A stretch of 63,532 nt of DNA, counting the filler, from Octopus bimaculoides (lineage: Eukaryota): the NCBI RefSeq assembly GCF_001194135.2. It is 5 parts of 5 records of this genome, joined end to end, with 100 filler letters (N's around TTAATTAATTAA, not from the genome) between each part and the next. Parts side by side here need not be neighbours in the genome. Positions count along the whole stretch, not along the records: positions 23,533 to 47,604 come from NC_068987.1; 4 more parts are not named here. One strand, written 5' to 3'. The first letter of the stretch is position 1, and every line of letters starts with the position of its first letter. A program made the translations under genes and the position numbers. Under the pieces are notes generated by a model that saw only the letters and a program-made list of their open reading frames with translations, had not been told where the DNA came from and did no database searches. This document shows positions 25,501 to 38,247 of this stretch, piece after piece.

Positions 25501-26239
25501 TTCTCCGTTCAGTATTAAATCTGTTTACAGTCAATTTGTTCTCAAATCAAGATTGCCATTTTAGAAAGGAAGTCTGATCATTTGACATGCTAGTTTTTCC
25601 ATTCAAATCAAACTTTCTACCATGTAAAACAATAAATACAATTTATTCAATAATGTAGTCTTAGATATGTCTATTTGATGTGGGCTAAACTGGGGTTATA
25701 CGATAACAACTTCGACACTTGAATCAATAAAACGAAAGGATATTTATTGCTGATGAATTTATTGTTTTTGTTTGATGGTCACGAGTCCCCCTTCAATCTC
25801 ACAGTTCGTCACCGTGCGCATCTAAGCCTACAACCAGCATTGATAAGCCGGTAACAGTAGGCTGAAGATGTCACCCGGTAATGGATCAATAATGGTTCAA
25901 TGGAACCGAATCCGAATTTGTAGATTTAGAATCAAAGATATTCTCGTTGCTAACTGGTTGTGTTTTTAGATCGCTACATATTCTGCTTCGTGCAATTTGA
26001 TCCGAAACTCTGCTCCCCAAGTTCAAATTACGTTGAGAGCAACGTTCAGTGTGGTGAAAATGTGGTGAAAATGCAGAATTAACAGAATGTCAGAAAATGT
26101 ACCTCCAGGGATATGAGACGTTTTGGTACAGCCTTTCTGGCGTCGCCTATTTAGTTAATAAGATGGTGACTTATTTGACATCAAACGTTAAAATGTTTCA
26201 CCGGTTTTGATATTTCGGTCTTTACCTCCTCCTCCCCTC

Positions 26240-26405
<166 letters not shown>

Positions 26406-28584
26406 ACTGTCTTTCTGTTGCTTATTTTACTTTATGTTTACTTTTAGTTTATGTAAGCGTTTTGAATTGATAAGTTTTAATATCTCACTCTCGCTCTGTC
26501 AGCCCGTATGTGTATATTTATGCGCTCACATAGTGTGTGTGTGTGTGTGTGTGAGTGTGTTTGCCTCCAGGACCAAAAAGTACTGTCGCCAAAACAGGTT
26601 GAATTTCCAAACTGCCGCGCCCAGTCGTCTTATTTCATGCCTCCTAGTATTTTTCCTAACTCCTGCGATTATACTGGAGCCAAGCTATATCAGATAACAT
26701 CAAAAGCCTTTCCTTTTTGTCAACATCGGGAAGAGAAGAGATTTGCATGCATGAACATCTACAAGTGTTTCTCAAATATCTTGCCCAGGACAACACATAT
26801 AAGTTGAGATCCATAGTCAACACTGACCGATGACGGCTCTATATTGTTCAGTCGTAAAACATCTCGTATTTCATTCAGAATTAATATATTTAAAGCTGCA
26901 ACATTAAATGTGTCATATATCTCCAAAGATGGTGGTGGTGGGGGACCTGATATTTGACCGCAATTTCTATCAGATTGATGGCCACATATCTGCTCCTTTA
27001 CCGATTGGTATGTATATATATATATATATATGTATGCATGTATATATANNNNNNNNNNNNNNNNNNNNNNNNNNNNNNNNNNNNNNNNNNNNNNNNNNNN
27101 NNNNNNNNNNNNNNNNNNNNNNNNNNNNNNNNNNNNNNNNNNNNNNNNNNNNNNNNNNNNNNNNNNNNNNNNNNNNNNNNNNNNNNNNNNNNNNNNNNNN
27201 NNNNNNNNNNNNNNNNNNNNNNNNNNNNNNNNNNNNNNNNNNNNNNNNNNNNNNNNNNNNNNNNNNNNNNNNNNNNNNNNNNNNNNNNNNNNNNNNNNNN
27301 NNNNNNNNNNNNNNNNNNNNNNNNNNNNNNNNNNNNNNNNNNNNNNNNNNNNNNNNNNNNNNNNNNNNNNNNNNNNNNNNNNNNNNNNNNNNNNNNNNNN
27401 NNNNNNNNNNNNNNNNNNNNNNNNNNNNNNNNNNNNNNNNNNNNNNNNNNNNNNNNNNNNNNNNNNNNNNNNNNNNNNNNNNNNNNNNNNNNNNNNNNNN
27501 NNNNNNNNNNNNNNNNNNNNNNNNNNNNNNNNNNNNNNNNNNNNNNNNNNNNNNNNNNNNNNNNNNNNNNNNNNNNNNNNNNNNNNNNNNNNNNNNNNNN
27601 NNNNNNNNNNNNNNNNNNNNNNNNNNNNNNNNNNNNNNNNNNNNNNNNNNNNNNNNNNNNNNNNNNNNNNNNNNNNNNNNNNNNNNNNNNNNNNNNNNNN
27701 NNNNNNNNNNNNNNNNNNNNNNNNNNNNNNNNNNNNNNNNNNNNNNNNNNNNNNNNNNNNNNNNNNNNNNNNNNNNNNNNNNNNNNNNNNNNNNNNNNNN
27801 NNNNNNNNNNNNNNNNNNNNNNNNNNNNNNNNNNNNNNNNNNNNNNNNNNNNNNNNNNNNNNNNNNNNNNNNNNNNNNNNNNNNNNNNNNNNNNNNNNNN
27901 NNNNNNNNNNNNNNNNNNNNNNNNNNNNNNNNNNNNNNNNNNNNNNNNNNNNNNNNNNNNNNNNNNNNNNNNGATGGATGGATGGATGTATATATATATA
28001 TATTTTTAAATTTGTTTAATGGTAAACGTTTTGAATACGCAAATAAAGCTTCTCTTCCATTATGCCAGGCACAGTCTAATGAAGCTGACTGGTGAAACAT
28101 TTTTGGGGAGTTGCATCCAGCTGCTCCGGTATAATGTAGGATAAGTATAGTAATTATAGCAATAAACCTTGAATGGACTATATAAACATTTAATGCATCG
28201 CTACGCGCGTTTCGACAAATCACATGTCTCTTAAGACCACAGTACGTATTCCTGACACGATTACAGTGTAGTTCGTAGTATCCGCAGGCATCTGGTTAGT
28301 CATCTTCATGGAATAATTTCTTCAGGCGATATAACATTAATGGATGTTTACCAGAGGGATGTTTATCCCTTTTAAACAACCTTCGCACTAGTCAAAAGGG
28401 ATAAACAGGAAACACTGGTTGTAAACATTACTGTTCCGTATGGAATATTTCAAATATCATTCTAAATAATTAGTGTTAACCAATGAAAAGGTGTTTATGA
28501 TCAAAACAAAGAAAGGTATGGCCGTATGCTTAAGACGATTTCTTGGCTGCCACGTATTTTCTTTGTCGCGGCCTGACCAGTTCT

Positions 28585-28850
28585 TATAAATGAATTTGTT
28601 AGACGAAAACTGCGTGGAATGTGGTCGTGTGTGTGAGTGTGTTTCTACGTTTGCCACCTCTTCTCTCACTGCTTGACAACTGGTGTTGGTTTGTTTAAGT
28701 CCTTGTAGCTTAGCGCTTTCGCAAACGAGAACAAATAAAATATGTATCAGATTTTAAAGAAAAAAATAAAGTACTGTGATCAATTTCTTCAACTAAGTCC
28801 CTTCAAGGCAATGCACCAGCATGGCCGCAGCCCAATGATTTAGAAAAATA
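28585..28850 (+). mobile_element. CORE-like SINE, 3' half, diverged
   Basis: GCTTGACAACTGGTGTTGG...CAGCATGGCCGCAG family tail motifs. Confidence 0.6.
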
Positions 28851-29024
28851 CCAAATAAAAGATGAACCAAAGAAAACAAACCCCGAAACGGCACATGCGA
28901 AATAAACTATAAAACTGAATCATTTCTTTAGTTTGTACCTATCCATTGAAAGGAAGGATATAAACGGTTTTATATATTTTACTATAGTTTCATACCGTTC
29001 TTTTCTAAGCTCAATAATGGCTTC

Positions 29025-29345
29025 TAGGCAGATAAAATGTTTAGCGGTATTTCGTCTATTCAACTGGCCCCCTCCCCTAAAATTTCGGGCCTTGTGCCTA
29101 GAGTAGAAAAGAATATTTCTCATTTTTAAAGGCGGCGAACTGGCGGACACGTTAGCACGCCGGGCGAAAAGCTTAGCGGTATTTCTTCTGTCTTTACGTT
29201 CTGAGTTCAAATTCCACTGAGGTCTACTTTGCCTTTCATCCTTTCGAAGTCGATGAATTAAGTACCAGTTGCATACTGAGGTCGATCTAATCGACTGGCA
29301 CCCTCCCCCAAAATTTCAGGCCTTATACCTAGAATAGAAAAGAAT
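29025..29345 (+). mobile_element. Two tandem Meta-domain-like SINEs (first internally deleted)
   Basis: Head AAGGCGGCGAACTGGC..GTTAGCAC, GAGTTCAAATTCC B box, CTTTGCCTTTCATCCTTTCG..AAGTACCAG domain and tail GCCTAGAGTAGAAAAGAAT present twice. Confidence 0.8.
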
Positions 29346-29915
29346 AATGACTTCTAAGCTTTTATGGCTCTTAAGCAGAGGAGGTGGCATTGGCCGATAC
29401 CATCGAGCCCAGAACTTCCGTGGTACTTTAATTTATTGACCCAACTGTATAAAAGACAAAGTTGAACTGTTAAACAAGTTTAATTTCAACAATGGTTTAT
29501 AGTTCAGTTACATTATTCCCATGATCACTCGCTGCCTATAACAAAGCGCAGCAACAAAACATCACTAACATCATTTCATTCACAAGACTTGGGAGTGACT
29601 TAAAACATTAATTAAAGTCTACCAAACTGTAGTTCCCACATCTGTTAATATTTCGTAACAACAACTACCCAGTTACAGTATGCATTGCAGTGGCCATGCA
29701 GGATTTTCTTCTTCTTCTTCTTCTTGATAACACATAACGATTTTTAAAAAAATCTTGTGAATGAAATTGGGTAGACAGAAGGGCACTGTGTGGAATCTTA
29801 TTAGATGAACTACGCTTATAATTAAAAGCTTGTCACACACCGTGTAGCGTCAGTGCTGCCTGAAATTACGTCAGCATTACGCGTATATGTGGAAACCTCA
29901 TCATCGAGAAAAACG

Positions 29916-29978
<63 letters not shown>

Positions 29979-30045
29979 TGCTTGTGCGTGCGAGAGCACA
30001 CTCACACGTATATTCGTACATTTAATTGATATATGTACGTATATG

Positions 30046-30106
<61 letters not shown>

Positions 30107-30550
30107 TTGTATATATGCATATATATATATATACACACACACAAACATATATTCATATATATTACCTAGATGTATGGATGTGTTTATTTATAAACACACA
30201 CGCACGCACACACACACACATATGTATATATATATATTATATATACAGATATATGTATATACATATATTTATATATTCGCATATATATAAATATATATAT
30301 ATATANNNNNNNNNNNNNNNNNNNNNNNNNNNNNNNNNNNNNNNNNNNNNNNNNNNNNNNNNNNNNNNNNNNNNNNNNNNNNNNNNNNNNNNNNNNNNNN
30401 NNNNNNNNNNNNNNNNNNNNNNNNNNNNNNNNNNNNNNNNNNNNNNNNNNNNNNNNNNNNNNNNNNNNNNNNNNNNNNNNNNNNNNNNNNNNNNNNNNNN
30501 NNNNNNNNNNNNNNNNNNNNNNNNNNNNNNNNNNNNNNNNNNNNNNNNNN

Positions 30551-30616
<66 letters not shown>

Positions 30617-31257
30617 ATAGATTTCATCTCTTTGTGTTTGTGTTGTGTGGTTGGGTGTGTGGGCTGTATCTGTGTGCACGAGTGTATGTGTTTGTAAAGT
30701 GCACGTTTAATATACTTGGCTGCAGTATGCAATAATAATAGACTTCCTTCTTCCTTCACTTCTTCTTCCTCCTCCTCTACTGCTGCTGCTGATGCTACAG
30801 CGCTTCATACTATCACAGTACGATTTGATATTAAGTCACATACCTTACCCCCCTTGAAGTCCTATTACATTCCTTGCAGTGGGTAAAGAGAGTGAGACGC
30901 TGAAGTAATAATCTCCCCTACGAGAATTCGAATGACTTTTACACGGCAAAATTTCATCAAAAAAACACGAAGTGTAAACGAAATAATAGAAGAATGCAAC
31001 ACTTATGACACATAAAAATACGTTGTAGTGTCTCAGTGAATCTATATTGGTTTATTTAATATATGCATACATGAGTAAATCCTTACTTTTTAAAGAAAAA
31101 TAATAATAAATGTGAAGTTATGACAGCTGTAGTTCAAATGATATTAAATAACTTGAACTAGAACTCAAAAGCTGCGTCATAAAATTAATTTATTTTACAT
31201 GAGAAGCGGTGAACGATAGTGTCGTTGGATAGCGGCTTCTAACGAGCTTGAAATATT

Positions 31258-31916
31258 GATTTCAAATTTTGTCCCAAGCATAGGCATTTCGGGAAGGAGG
31301 TAAGTCTAGGACATCGACCCCAATGTGCAACTGGTACTTATTTTATCGACCTGGGAAGGGTTGAAAGACAGAGTTGACTGCGGCGGAATTTGAACTCAGA
31401 ATTTGAACGTAGAAACGGACAGAATGCCGCTATGTATTTTGCCGGATGGGCTAACGATTCTGCCGATTCGCCGTCGTACAAGCTTACAAATATTCTTTTC
31501 TACTCCAGGCACAAAGCCCGAAATTTTGTGGGAGGGTGCCAGTCTATTAGATCAGACCCAGTACGCAACTGGTACTCAATTTATCAACCCTGAAAGGATA
31601 AAAGTTGACCTCGGCGGAATTTGCACTCAGAACGTAAAGACATGAAATACCGCTCAGCCTTTCGCCCGCGTGCTAACATTTCTTATTTCTTTATTGCCCA
31701 CAAGGGGCTACACACAGAGGGGACAAACAAGGATAGACAAACGGATTAAGTCGATTATATCGACCCCAGTGCGTAACTGGTACTTAATTTATTAACCCCG
31801 AAAGGATGGAAGACAAAGTCGACCTCGGCGGAATTTGAACTCAGAACGTACTGGCAGATAAAATACTGCTAAGCATTTCGCCCGGCGTGCTACCGTTTCT
31901 GCCAGCTCGCCGCCTT
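31258..31916 (-). mobile_element. Head-to-tail array of three Meta-domain-like SINE units
   Basis: Three repeats of GAC(C/T)(T/G)CGGCGGAATTTG(A/C)ACTCAGAA, separated by ACAAGCTTACAAATATT-type spacers. Confidence 0.9.
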
Positions 31917-31929
31917 ACAAGCTTACAAA

Positions 31930-32075
31930 TATTGTTCTGTATTTAATGAGAACCCAGGGTTGGGTTCAAAATTCAACCAGGACACCTGATGAAGGCTGGA
32001 GAGTAAATCAGCCGAAACGCTGAGGTAACAACAAGAAAAATGAGAACATATATCCGTCCAATGTAAATAATGTAA
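31930..32075 (+). mobile_element. Penelope-like repeat fragment with degenerate minimal hammerhead
   Basis: GACAC-CTGATGA-A-GGCTG-loop-CAGCC-GAAA-CGCT: the core and stem II are intact, the cleavage triplet and stem I are degenerate. Confidence 0.6.
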
Positions 32076-32351
32076 ATAAAGTTACAAATATTGGTTTCAA
32101 ATTTTGGCACAAGGCCAGTGATTTCGGAGTAATGGGTGGCAGTGCTCAATAGGTACTTTTTTATCGACCCCGAAATGATGAAAGGCAAATCGTCCCCATT
32201 ACATGTTTTCTATGTCTGCTACATGTTCCATCACTCTGTTTTGCCGATGTAAACATACCAACACCATTAGTGGACAATGAGAAACACGTGCGTCCACGCA
32301 CACTCACACACACACAAATACACACACACACACACACTCATATATATACAC

Positions 32352-32468
32352 GTTGGTCGGCCCGAGGCTTTAGTGAAAGACACTTGCCCAAGGTGCCACG
32401 CAGTGTAACTGGACCCGGAACCATGCGGTTGGTAAGCAGCTTACTAACCACGCAGCCACCCCTGCGCC

Positions 32469-32510
<42 letters not shown>

Positions 32511-32615
32511 CTCTTTTACTTGTTTCAGTCATTTGACAGTGGCCATGCAGGAGCACCGCCTTTAGTCGAGCAAATCGACCCCGTGACTTATTTTTTGTAA
32601 GCTGATTTACTCTCC
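32352..32615 (-). mobile_element. CORE-like SINE 3' tail followed by the head of a second copy
   Basis: Tail GGGGTCGATTTGCTCGACTAAAGGCGGTGCTCC at 32505-32600 and head GGCTGCGTGGTTAG..CCTTGGGCAAGTGTC at 32352-32470. Confidence 0.75.
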
Positions 32616-32679
32616 AGCCACATCGTGACCTGGCCGATGTGGTTCAAAATACTCAACACGGGTTTGGCTCAAGTCTACA

Positions 32680-33170
32680 TCTTTTCGGGGTCATAAAATA
32701 AGTACCAGTTGAGTACTGATATCGATGTAATCGATTAATTTCTTCCCAAATCTCAAACCTTATGCCTATAGTAGACAGGGTTATTAAGACGATACTCCTT
32801 AAAACGCTCTCGCTAAGACACTTTCCCTCAGTCCAGTTGTTGACTACCAATTAAGATATTCATTCCTAACTCGAGAATGTATAACTCTGTGTAATTTTGC
32901 AGGGCGGGAGTGTAAGGTGAATAATTATTTGTGCATATTTCTGCTCTAATATCATCAAGGAAGGCTATGATCTGACAGAATCGTTGGCACGTTGAACTAA
33001 CTGCTTAGCAGCATTTCTTCCGCCTCTTTGCGTTCTAAGATCAAATCCAATTGAGGTCAGCTTCTGATATCATCTATTTTGTGAGCGATAAAATAAAGTA
33101 GCAGTCGAGTACTGGGGTTGATGCAAACGACTTGATCCTTCATCGCAAAATTGTGGCTCTTGAACCCGGT
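32680..33170 (+). mobile_element. Two diverged Meta-domain-like SINE pieces
   Basis: TTCGGGGTCATAAAATAAGTACCAG (about 32680-32780) and GGCACG..TAAGATCAAATCC..GATAAAATAAAGTAGCAG (about 32960-33170). Confidence 0.55.
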
Positions 33171-33194
33171 AACGGCCCAGCCTCCTGTTCAGGG

Positions 33195-33303
33195 GATAAG
33201 AAACTTGCTTCCCAACCACGTAGTTCCGGGTTTAGTCCCACAAATCGCCGACCAAAGCCTTGGGGTGGATTCGGTAGACGGGAATTGATAGAAACCTGTC
33301 GTA

Positions 33304-33359
<56 letters not shown>

Positions 33360-33540
33360 TGTGTTTGTGTTCCCCGCCACCGTTTGACAACCGATGCTGG
33401 TGTGCATACGTCCCCGGAAGATAGCAATTCAGCAAAGTAGCTGATTGAACAAACATCAAGCTTTAAAGAAATACGTACGGGGGGTCGACTCATTTGCCCC
33501 AGCATGGCCGCAGTCTAATGACTGAAGCAAGTGAAAGAAT
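33195..33540 (+). mobile_element. CORE-like SINE with internal deletion and (TG)n
   Basis: GCTTCCCAACCAC..CCGGGTTTAGTCCC, CCGACCAAAGCC, (TG)n and tail CAGCATGGCCGCAGTCTAATGACTGAA. Confidence 0.8.
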
Positions 33541-33925
33541 GCGTTAAATGGGGCAGGGCTTTGAGTAATTTATTAGCAATGGAATGACACAAATCACTTA
33601 TGGAAACGAAGTATGACTAGAAACAAACGCCACTGAAATAAATATCAGCTTTTAGCAATCTTTACGATAAGTATTCTCACTCCATCATATTTCAATTGTG
33701 CAGGTATAGAATTGATATCTTTATAAAGTCATTACTTAAGATAGAAAACTCCTGAGTTGATATTTCTCTTTCTTCTGTCATAAAAATGATCAAATTTCTC
33801 TTTTCATTTAAGAAACTGTTGGTTTCTAGAACCATCGCTTATTCTTCAAAATCTTATTACACCAATTTAGTTGTTGCATAAATCTTTTATTTTCGTTTGG
33901 CAATAAACCTGCGCAGACATATATA

Positions 33926-33961
<36 letters not shown>

Positions 33962-33964
<3 letters not shown>

Positions 33965-34175
33965 CAAATTTATAAAAAGACAAAAGACGAAGACGGGTGT
34001 AGGAACAACAAGCAGGTGTATTAGTTTAACGCTCGGGAAAAATGGAAAAGTCTTTTACGCTTCGAGCCCAACCTCTTCGACAAAAAGGATTAAGAGGAGA
34101 AGATGGAGAGAGAACGAAAAAAACGGAGAGAGAAAAAACTGTGTAGAGTTCAGCGGCCCAATATGGCTGGATGAC
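33962..34175 (-). mobile_element. Penelope-like repeat fragment, diverged copy
   Basis: The reverse complement resembles 44690-44878 (GAAGAG..GCTCGAAGCGTAAAAGACTTT..CCCGAGCGTTAAACTAATACA). Confidence 0.65.
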
Positions 34176-35184
34176 TAGAAAAGAAGAGGCTGAATGAAAG
34201 GTAGATAATAATGGTAACACCAACGAACTAAGGTGCGTGAGCGTGTGTTTGTGAGAATGGTATGTGTGTGAGTGTGTATGTGTGAATGGGGGTGAGTGAG
34301 TCTGACGTGTGTATAAGCTGTGTAACAGTTGATGTGAGCTTTTTCAAGTGGTGTGTTCACATGTGTATGTGTATGTATGACCAAATAGTGTACATGTGTA
34401 TAGTGCATGTATGTGAGCGAAAGTTATCTTTATCTATGCATGTTGCATGTGTTTATGCGTGTTACGTGTTTGTGCATATATTGTCTGTTTTCAGGTAGTA
34501 TGTGCTTGTGTGGGCGTGGGACTGTGCATGAAGGTGTGTGGTGTGTGTACTGAATTAAACAGTGTGTGTGGCTGCTCGTATAGTGGTATGTGTGGTGAAA
34601 ATTGTGTGTGAGTGTGGATAATGGTGTGTGGAGTGGGTGCTGAAAAGTGGTCGGTGTTAATATATATATNNNNNNNNNNNNNNNNNNNNNNNNNNNNNNN
34701 NNNNNNNNNNNNNNNNNNNNNNNNNNNNNNNNNNNNNNNNNNNNNNNNNNNNNNNNNNNNNNNNNNNNNNNNNNNNNNNNNNNNNNNNNNNNNNNNNNNN
34801 NNNNNNNNNNNNNNNNNNNNNNNNNNNNNNNNNNNNNNNNNNNNNNNNNNNNNNNNNNNNNNNNNNNNNNNNNNNNNNNNNNNNNNNNNNNNNNNNNNNN
34901 NNNNNNNNNNNNNNNNNNNNNNNNNNNNNNNNNNNNNNNNNNNNNNNNNNNNNNNNNNNNNNNNNNNNNNNNNNNNNNNNNNNNNNNNNNNNNNNNNNNN
35001 NNNNNNNNNNNNNNNNNNNNNNNNNNNNNNNNNNNNNNNNNNNNNNNNNNNNNNNNNNNNNNNNNNNNNNNNNNNNNNNNNNNNNNNNNNNNNNNNNNNN
35101 NNNNNNNNNNNNNNNNNNNNNNNNNNNNNNNNNNNNNNNNNNNNNNNNNNNNNNNNNNNNNNNNNNNNNNNNNNNNNNNNNNNN

Positions 35185-35392
35185 GCTGAAAAGTTCCTGG
35201 CTTTAGGTAAGAGATAATACAGAAGAATCAGTTAATTATGATTTTATTCGACATATTCCCCTCTCAGATTCGCACACTTATGGCAGTCGTTCTTCAGTTT
35301 TTGTAAGCCCTGTAAATGAACTGGGAAGGTTGGGCCTCTAACCAGGCCATTCGCGACATCCTTAAATCCAGGAACTTTTCAGCACTCCGTAG
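35185..35392. mobile_element. mariner-derived MITE
   Basis: Inverted ends GCTGAAAAGTTCCTGG and CCAGGAACTTTTCAGC; the left end abuts a gap. Confidence 0.75.
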
Positions 35393-35599
35393 TATATGCA
35401 TTTCGGTTTATACTGCGAGTGTTTTCTCGACTATTAAACATTCTTGCATGTATCGAATAGATCGTTGTCGAGGATATCAGAGTTCTGAATGTAACTGTTT
35501 TTGTGTTTTTAAATATATCTAAAGTTATGAACTGAGCCTGAAAGATTGCTTCGATTCATGTCATGTAATATGAATCTGCCAATTTAATGTATGAATCTA

Positions 35600-35676
35600 C
35601 AGGGATGGCCATAACTCGCTTCACTCATTTCTAATAATAATAAAGAAATGAGTAAAGCGACTTATGGCCATCCCTG
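35600..35676. mobile_element. 77-bp Tc1/mariner-type hairpin MITE
   Basis: TA|CAGGGATGGCCATAA(C)TCGCTT(C)ACTCATTTCT ... AGAAATGAGTAAAGCGACTTATGGCCATCCCTG|TA. Confidence 0.8.
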
Positions 35677-36031
35677 TATGAGTAGCTCATTTACAATTGT
35701 GCATATTAAATTATTATATAGATATATATGTAAATTTTCTTATGCTAAAAATATTATATATAAAAGCAATTTAATATTAAACTGAAAGATTACTCATCGT
35801 TTTTTGTTGTTTCTTTTGTCTTTTTTTTTTAGTAGAGAAAAACATGATTATTGCATTTTGCAAATATAAGATCGACAGTGACTTCGAAGTTCCCGCTTGC
35901 TCTTCTTCATCAGACTGTCCAGAGAAGGTGAGCAAATCGAAACTACAAAGTTACAGATAACATTTTCTTTGTAAAAATTTATAAATACGTGCGCACGTGC
36001 GTGTGTGTGTGTATATATGCGTGCGTGTGTG

Positions 36032-36074
<43 letters not shown>

Positions 36075-36355
36075 TGTAGGTGCAGTATGTTCAAATAGTT
36101 AGGAACTTCGACTTGCATCTATGGAGTCATGGATTCGATCCTGCAACCTGACAGTTTGGGCAAATATCGTTTTCGCTAGCCTCGGAACACATCGTATTAA
36201 TCAAATGAAATTGAATAGCCAGAGACAATTTCGAAGCCCATCGGATCGTTTGTGTCTGTAATTTAAATGGTAAAGTCACATCGTATACTGTGCCATGCTG
36301 ATTCTGCTCGAGAATTTCGTCAAGGGTTCACTGTGGAATGCTTATCATTTACACT
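36075..36355 (+). mobile_element. Old tRNA-derived SINE
   Basis: GGATTCGATCC B box, TTTGGGCAAAT core-like motif and a 3' part resembling the tail of the 24993 SINE. Confidence 0.5.
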
Positions 36356-37383
36356 TTATCTGAGTTGCCTGTACCTCAATTAAACGAACCGATGAATCCT
36401 CACTTTGCACGACGGAGATCCAAATATGCATACACGCACATCACATACAAACACACATGCACACAAATATATATATATATATATGCATATATGTGTATTT
36501 TTAACCTTTTGAAGGGTCTCCTTTTTTTCTGTAATATGGCAAATTCAATAATAATATTGTTATAGTATCTCCTACAACCTGACTCAATTTACTTGTTTCT
36601 GACATCATTCGTGTTTCAGTGGAGAGCGACCGATACTGTGATTTGTTTCGGAAGGAAAAAAAAAATGTCTTTCATGGCATAGAAAAGCTTTAGTTTTAGC
36701 AGTGCACTAGAGACATCCAGTGACTTGCTGGCAACATTTAATAACGCCGCAGGTAGATCTGTAGCAAACAAAACCCCCATTGTTAAACACTGAAAAGGGA
36801 GGGTTTTCAGATTTCCAGTGGGTGTGTGTAGCTCAGCAGCTACTTTTGAAATACTCCATATCAACTTGGCTGATTGATTATTTAATGAATAACCATTTTC
36901 AATAGAGAATTCTTTTTATTTTTATTTCAGATCTTTTCTGAGATTAATCTTATTTGACATGAAAGAAGTAATGCAAGGCATTTCAAATGTTTAAATTTTG
37001 TAAATTGCCGACTTTAACGAGAGGCATTCTGGCGTTATATTTAAAATTTAACAATATTTAAACTTAAATTTCACCTTGGGAACTATCAATAAAGTAGGGA
37101 AATGGCTATAAATTTGTTTTGTGTACATTAATGTATATAATAAATCAGAGAAAATAAACTACACGGAATTCGTAATACTTAAAATATTACAAGATTCACA
37201 AAACTATGAGATTTTTAAGATAACTAACAGAATTTATTTTAATTATAACTTACAGAAATAACATTTCGAAAAATTTATTATGGTTTTCTTTAAGAAATTA
37301 TATATTTTAAAGTCTGAAAGATTTATACAATAAATACTATCAGATAATGAGAACTATCTCAAAAAATATCGCTAACTACTGTT

Positions 37384-38247
37384 TTCAAATTTTGGCACAA
37401 AACCAGCAATTACATCGATCCCAAGACTTAGCTGCTACTTATTTTATCGTTCCCGAAAGTATGAATGGCAAAGTCGACCTCGGCAGAATTTGAACTGCGA
37501 CTGTAAAGACGGACGAAATACCACTAAGTACTTTGCCCGGCGTGCTAACGATTCCACCAGCTTGCCGCGTTATGTCGCTAAATTTTCTTTTCTATTCTAG
37601 GCACAAGGCCCGAAATTTTGGGGGTGGGGGCCAGTCGATTAGATCGACCCAGTACACAACTGGTACTTAATCTTATCGATCCCGAAAGGATGGAAAGCAA
37701 AGTCGACCTCGGCGAAATTTGAACTCAGAACGTAAAGACATGAAATACCGCTAAGCACTTTACCCGGAGTGCTAGCGAATCCGCCAGCTCATCGCTTTTA
37801 TAATGTCGCTAAATATTGACTTCAGATTTTGCCACAAGGGCAAACATCTTGAGGGAGGGAAGCAGTCGATTATATCGACCCAGTACGCAACTGGTACTTA
37901 ATTTATCGACCCTGAAAGGATGAACGGCAAAGTCGACCTGGGCGGAATTTGAACTCAGGAGGTACCAAGAGACGAAATACCACTAAACATTTCGCCCGGC
38001 GTGCTAACGTTTCTTATTTCTTTACTGCCCATACGGGGCTAAACAAAGAGGGGACAAACAAGGACAGACAAAGGGATTAAGTTGATTACATCGACCCCAG
38101 TGTGTAACTGGTTATTAATTTATCGACCCCGAAAGGATGACAGGCAACGTCGACCTCGGCGGAATTTGAACTCAGAACGTACCGACAGACGAAATACCGC
38201 TAAGCATTTCGCCCGGCGTGCTAACGTTTATGCCAGCTCGCCGCCTT
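37384..38247 (-). mobile_element. Head-to-tail array of four Meta-domain-like SINE units
   Basis: Four GTCGACCT(C/G)GGC..AATTTGAACT units with AAT(A/G)TCGCTAA spacers. Confidence 0.92.

Noticed and set aside
26908-28223. Long ORFs in the track (also 29887-30759, 34612-35217, 57715-58848, 60790-61449)
   Set aside because: Made of N gaps and microsatellite translations.
37384-38247. Repeat-spacer appearance reminiscent of a CRISPR array
   Set aside because: Units are about 200-bp tRNA-headed SINEs with similar rather than unique spacers, in eukaryotic context with no cas genes.
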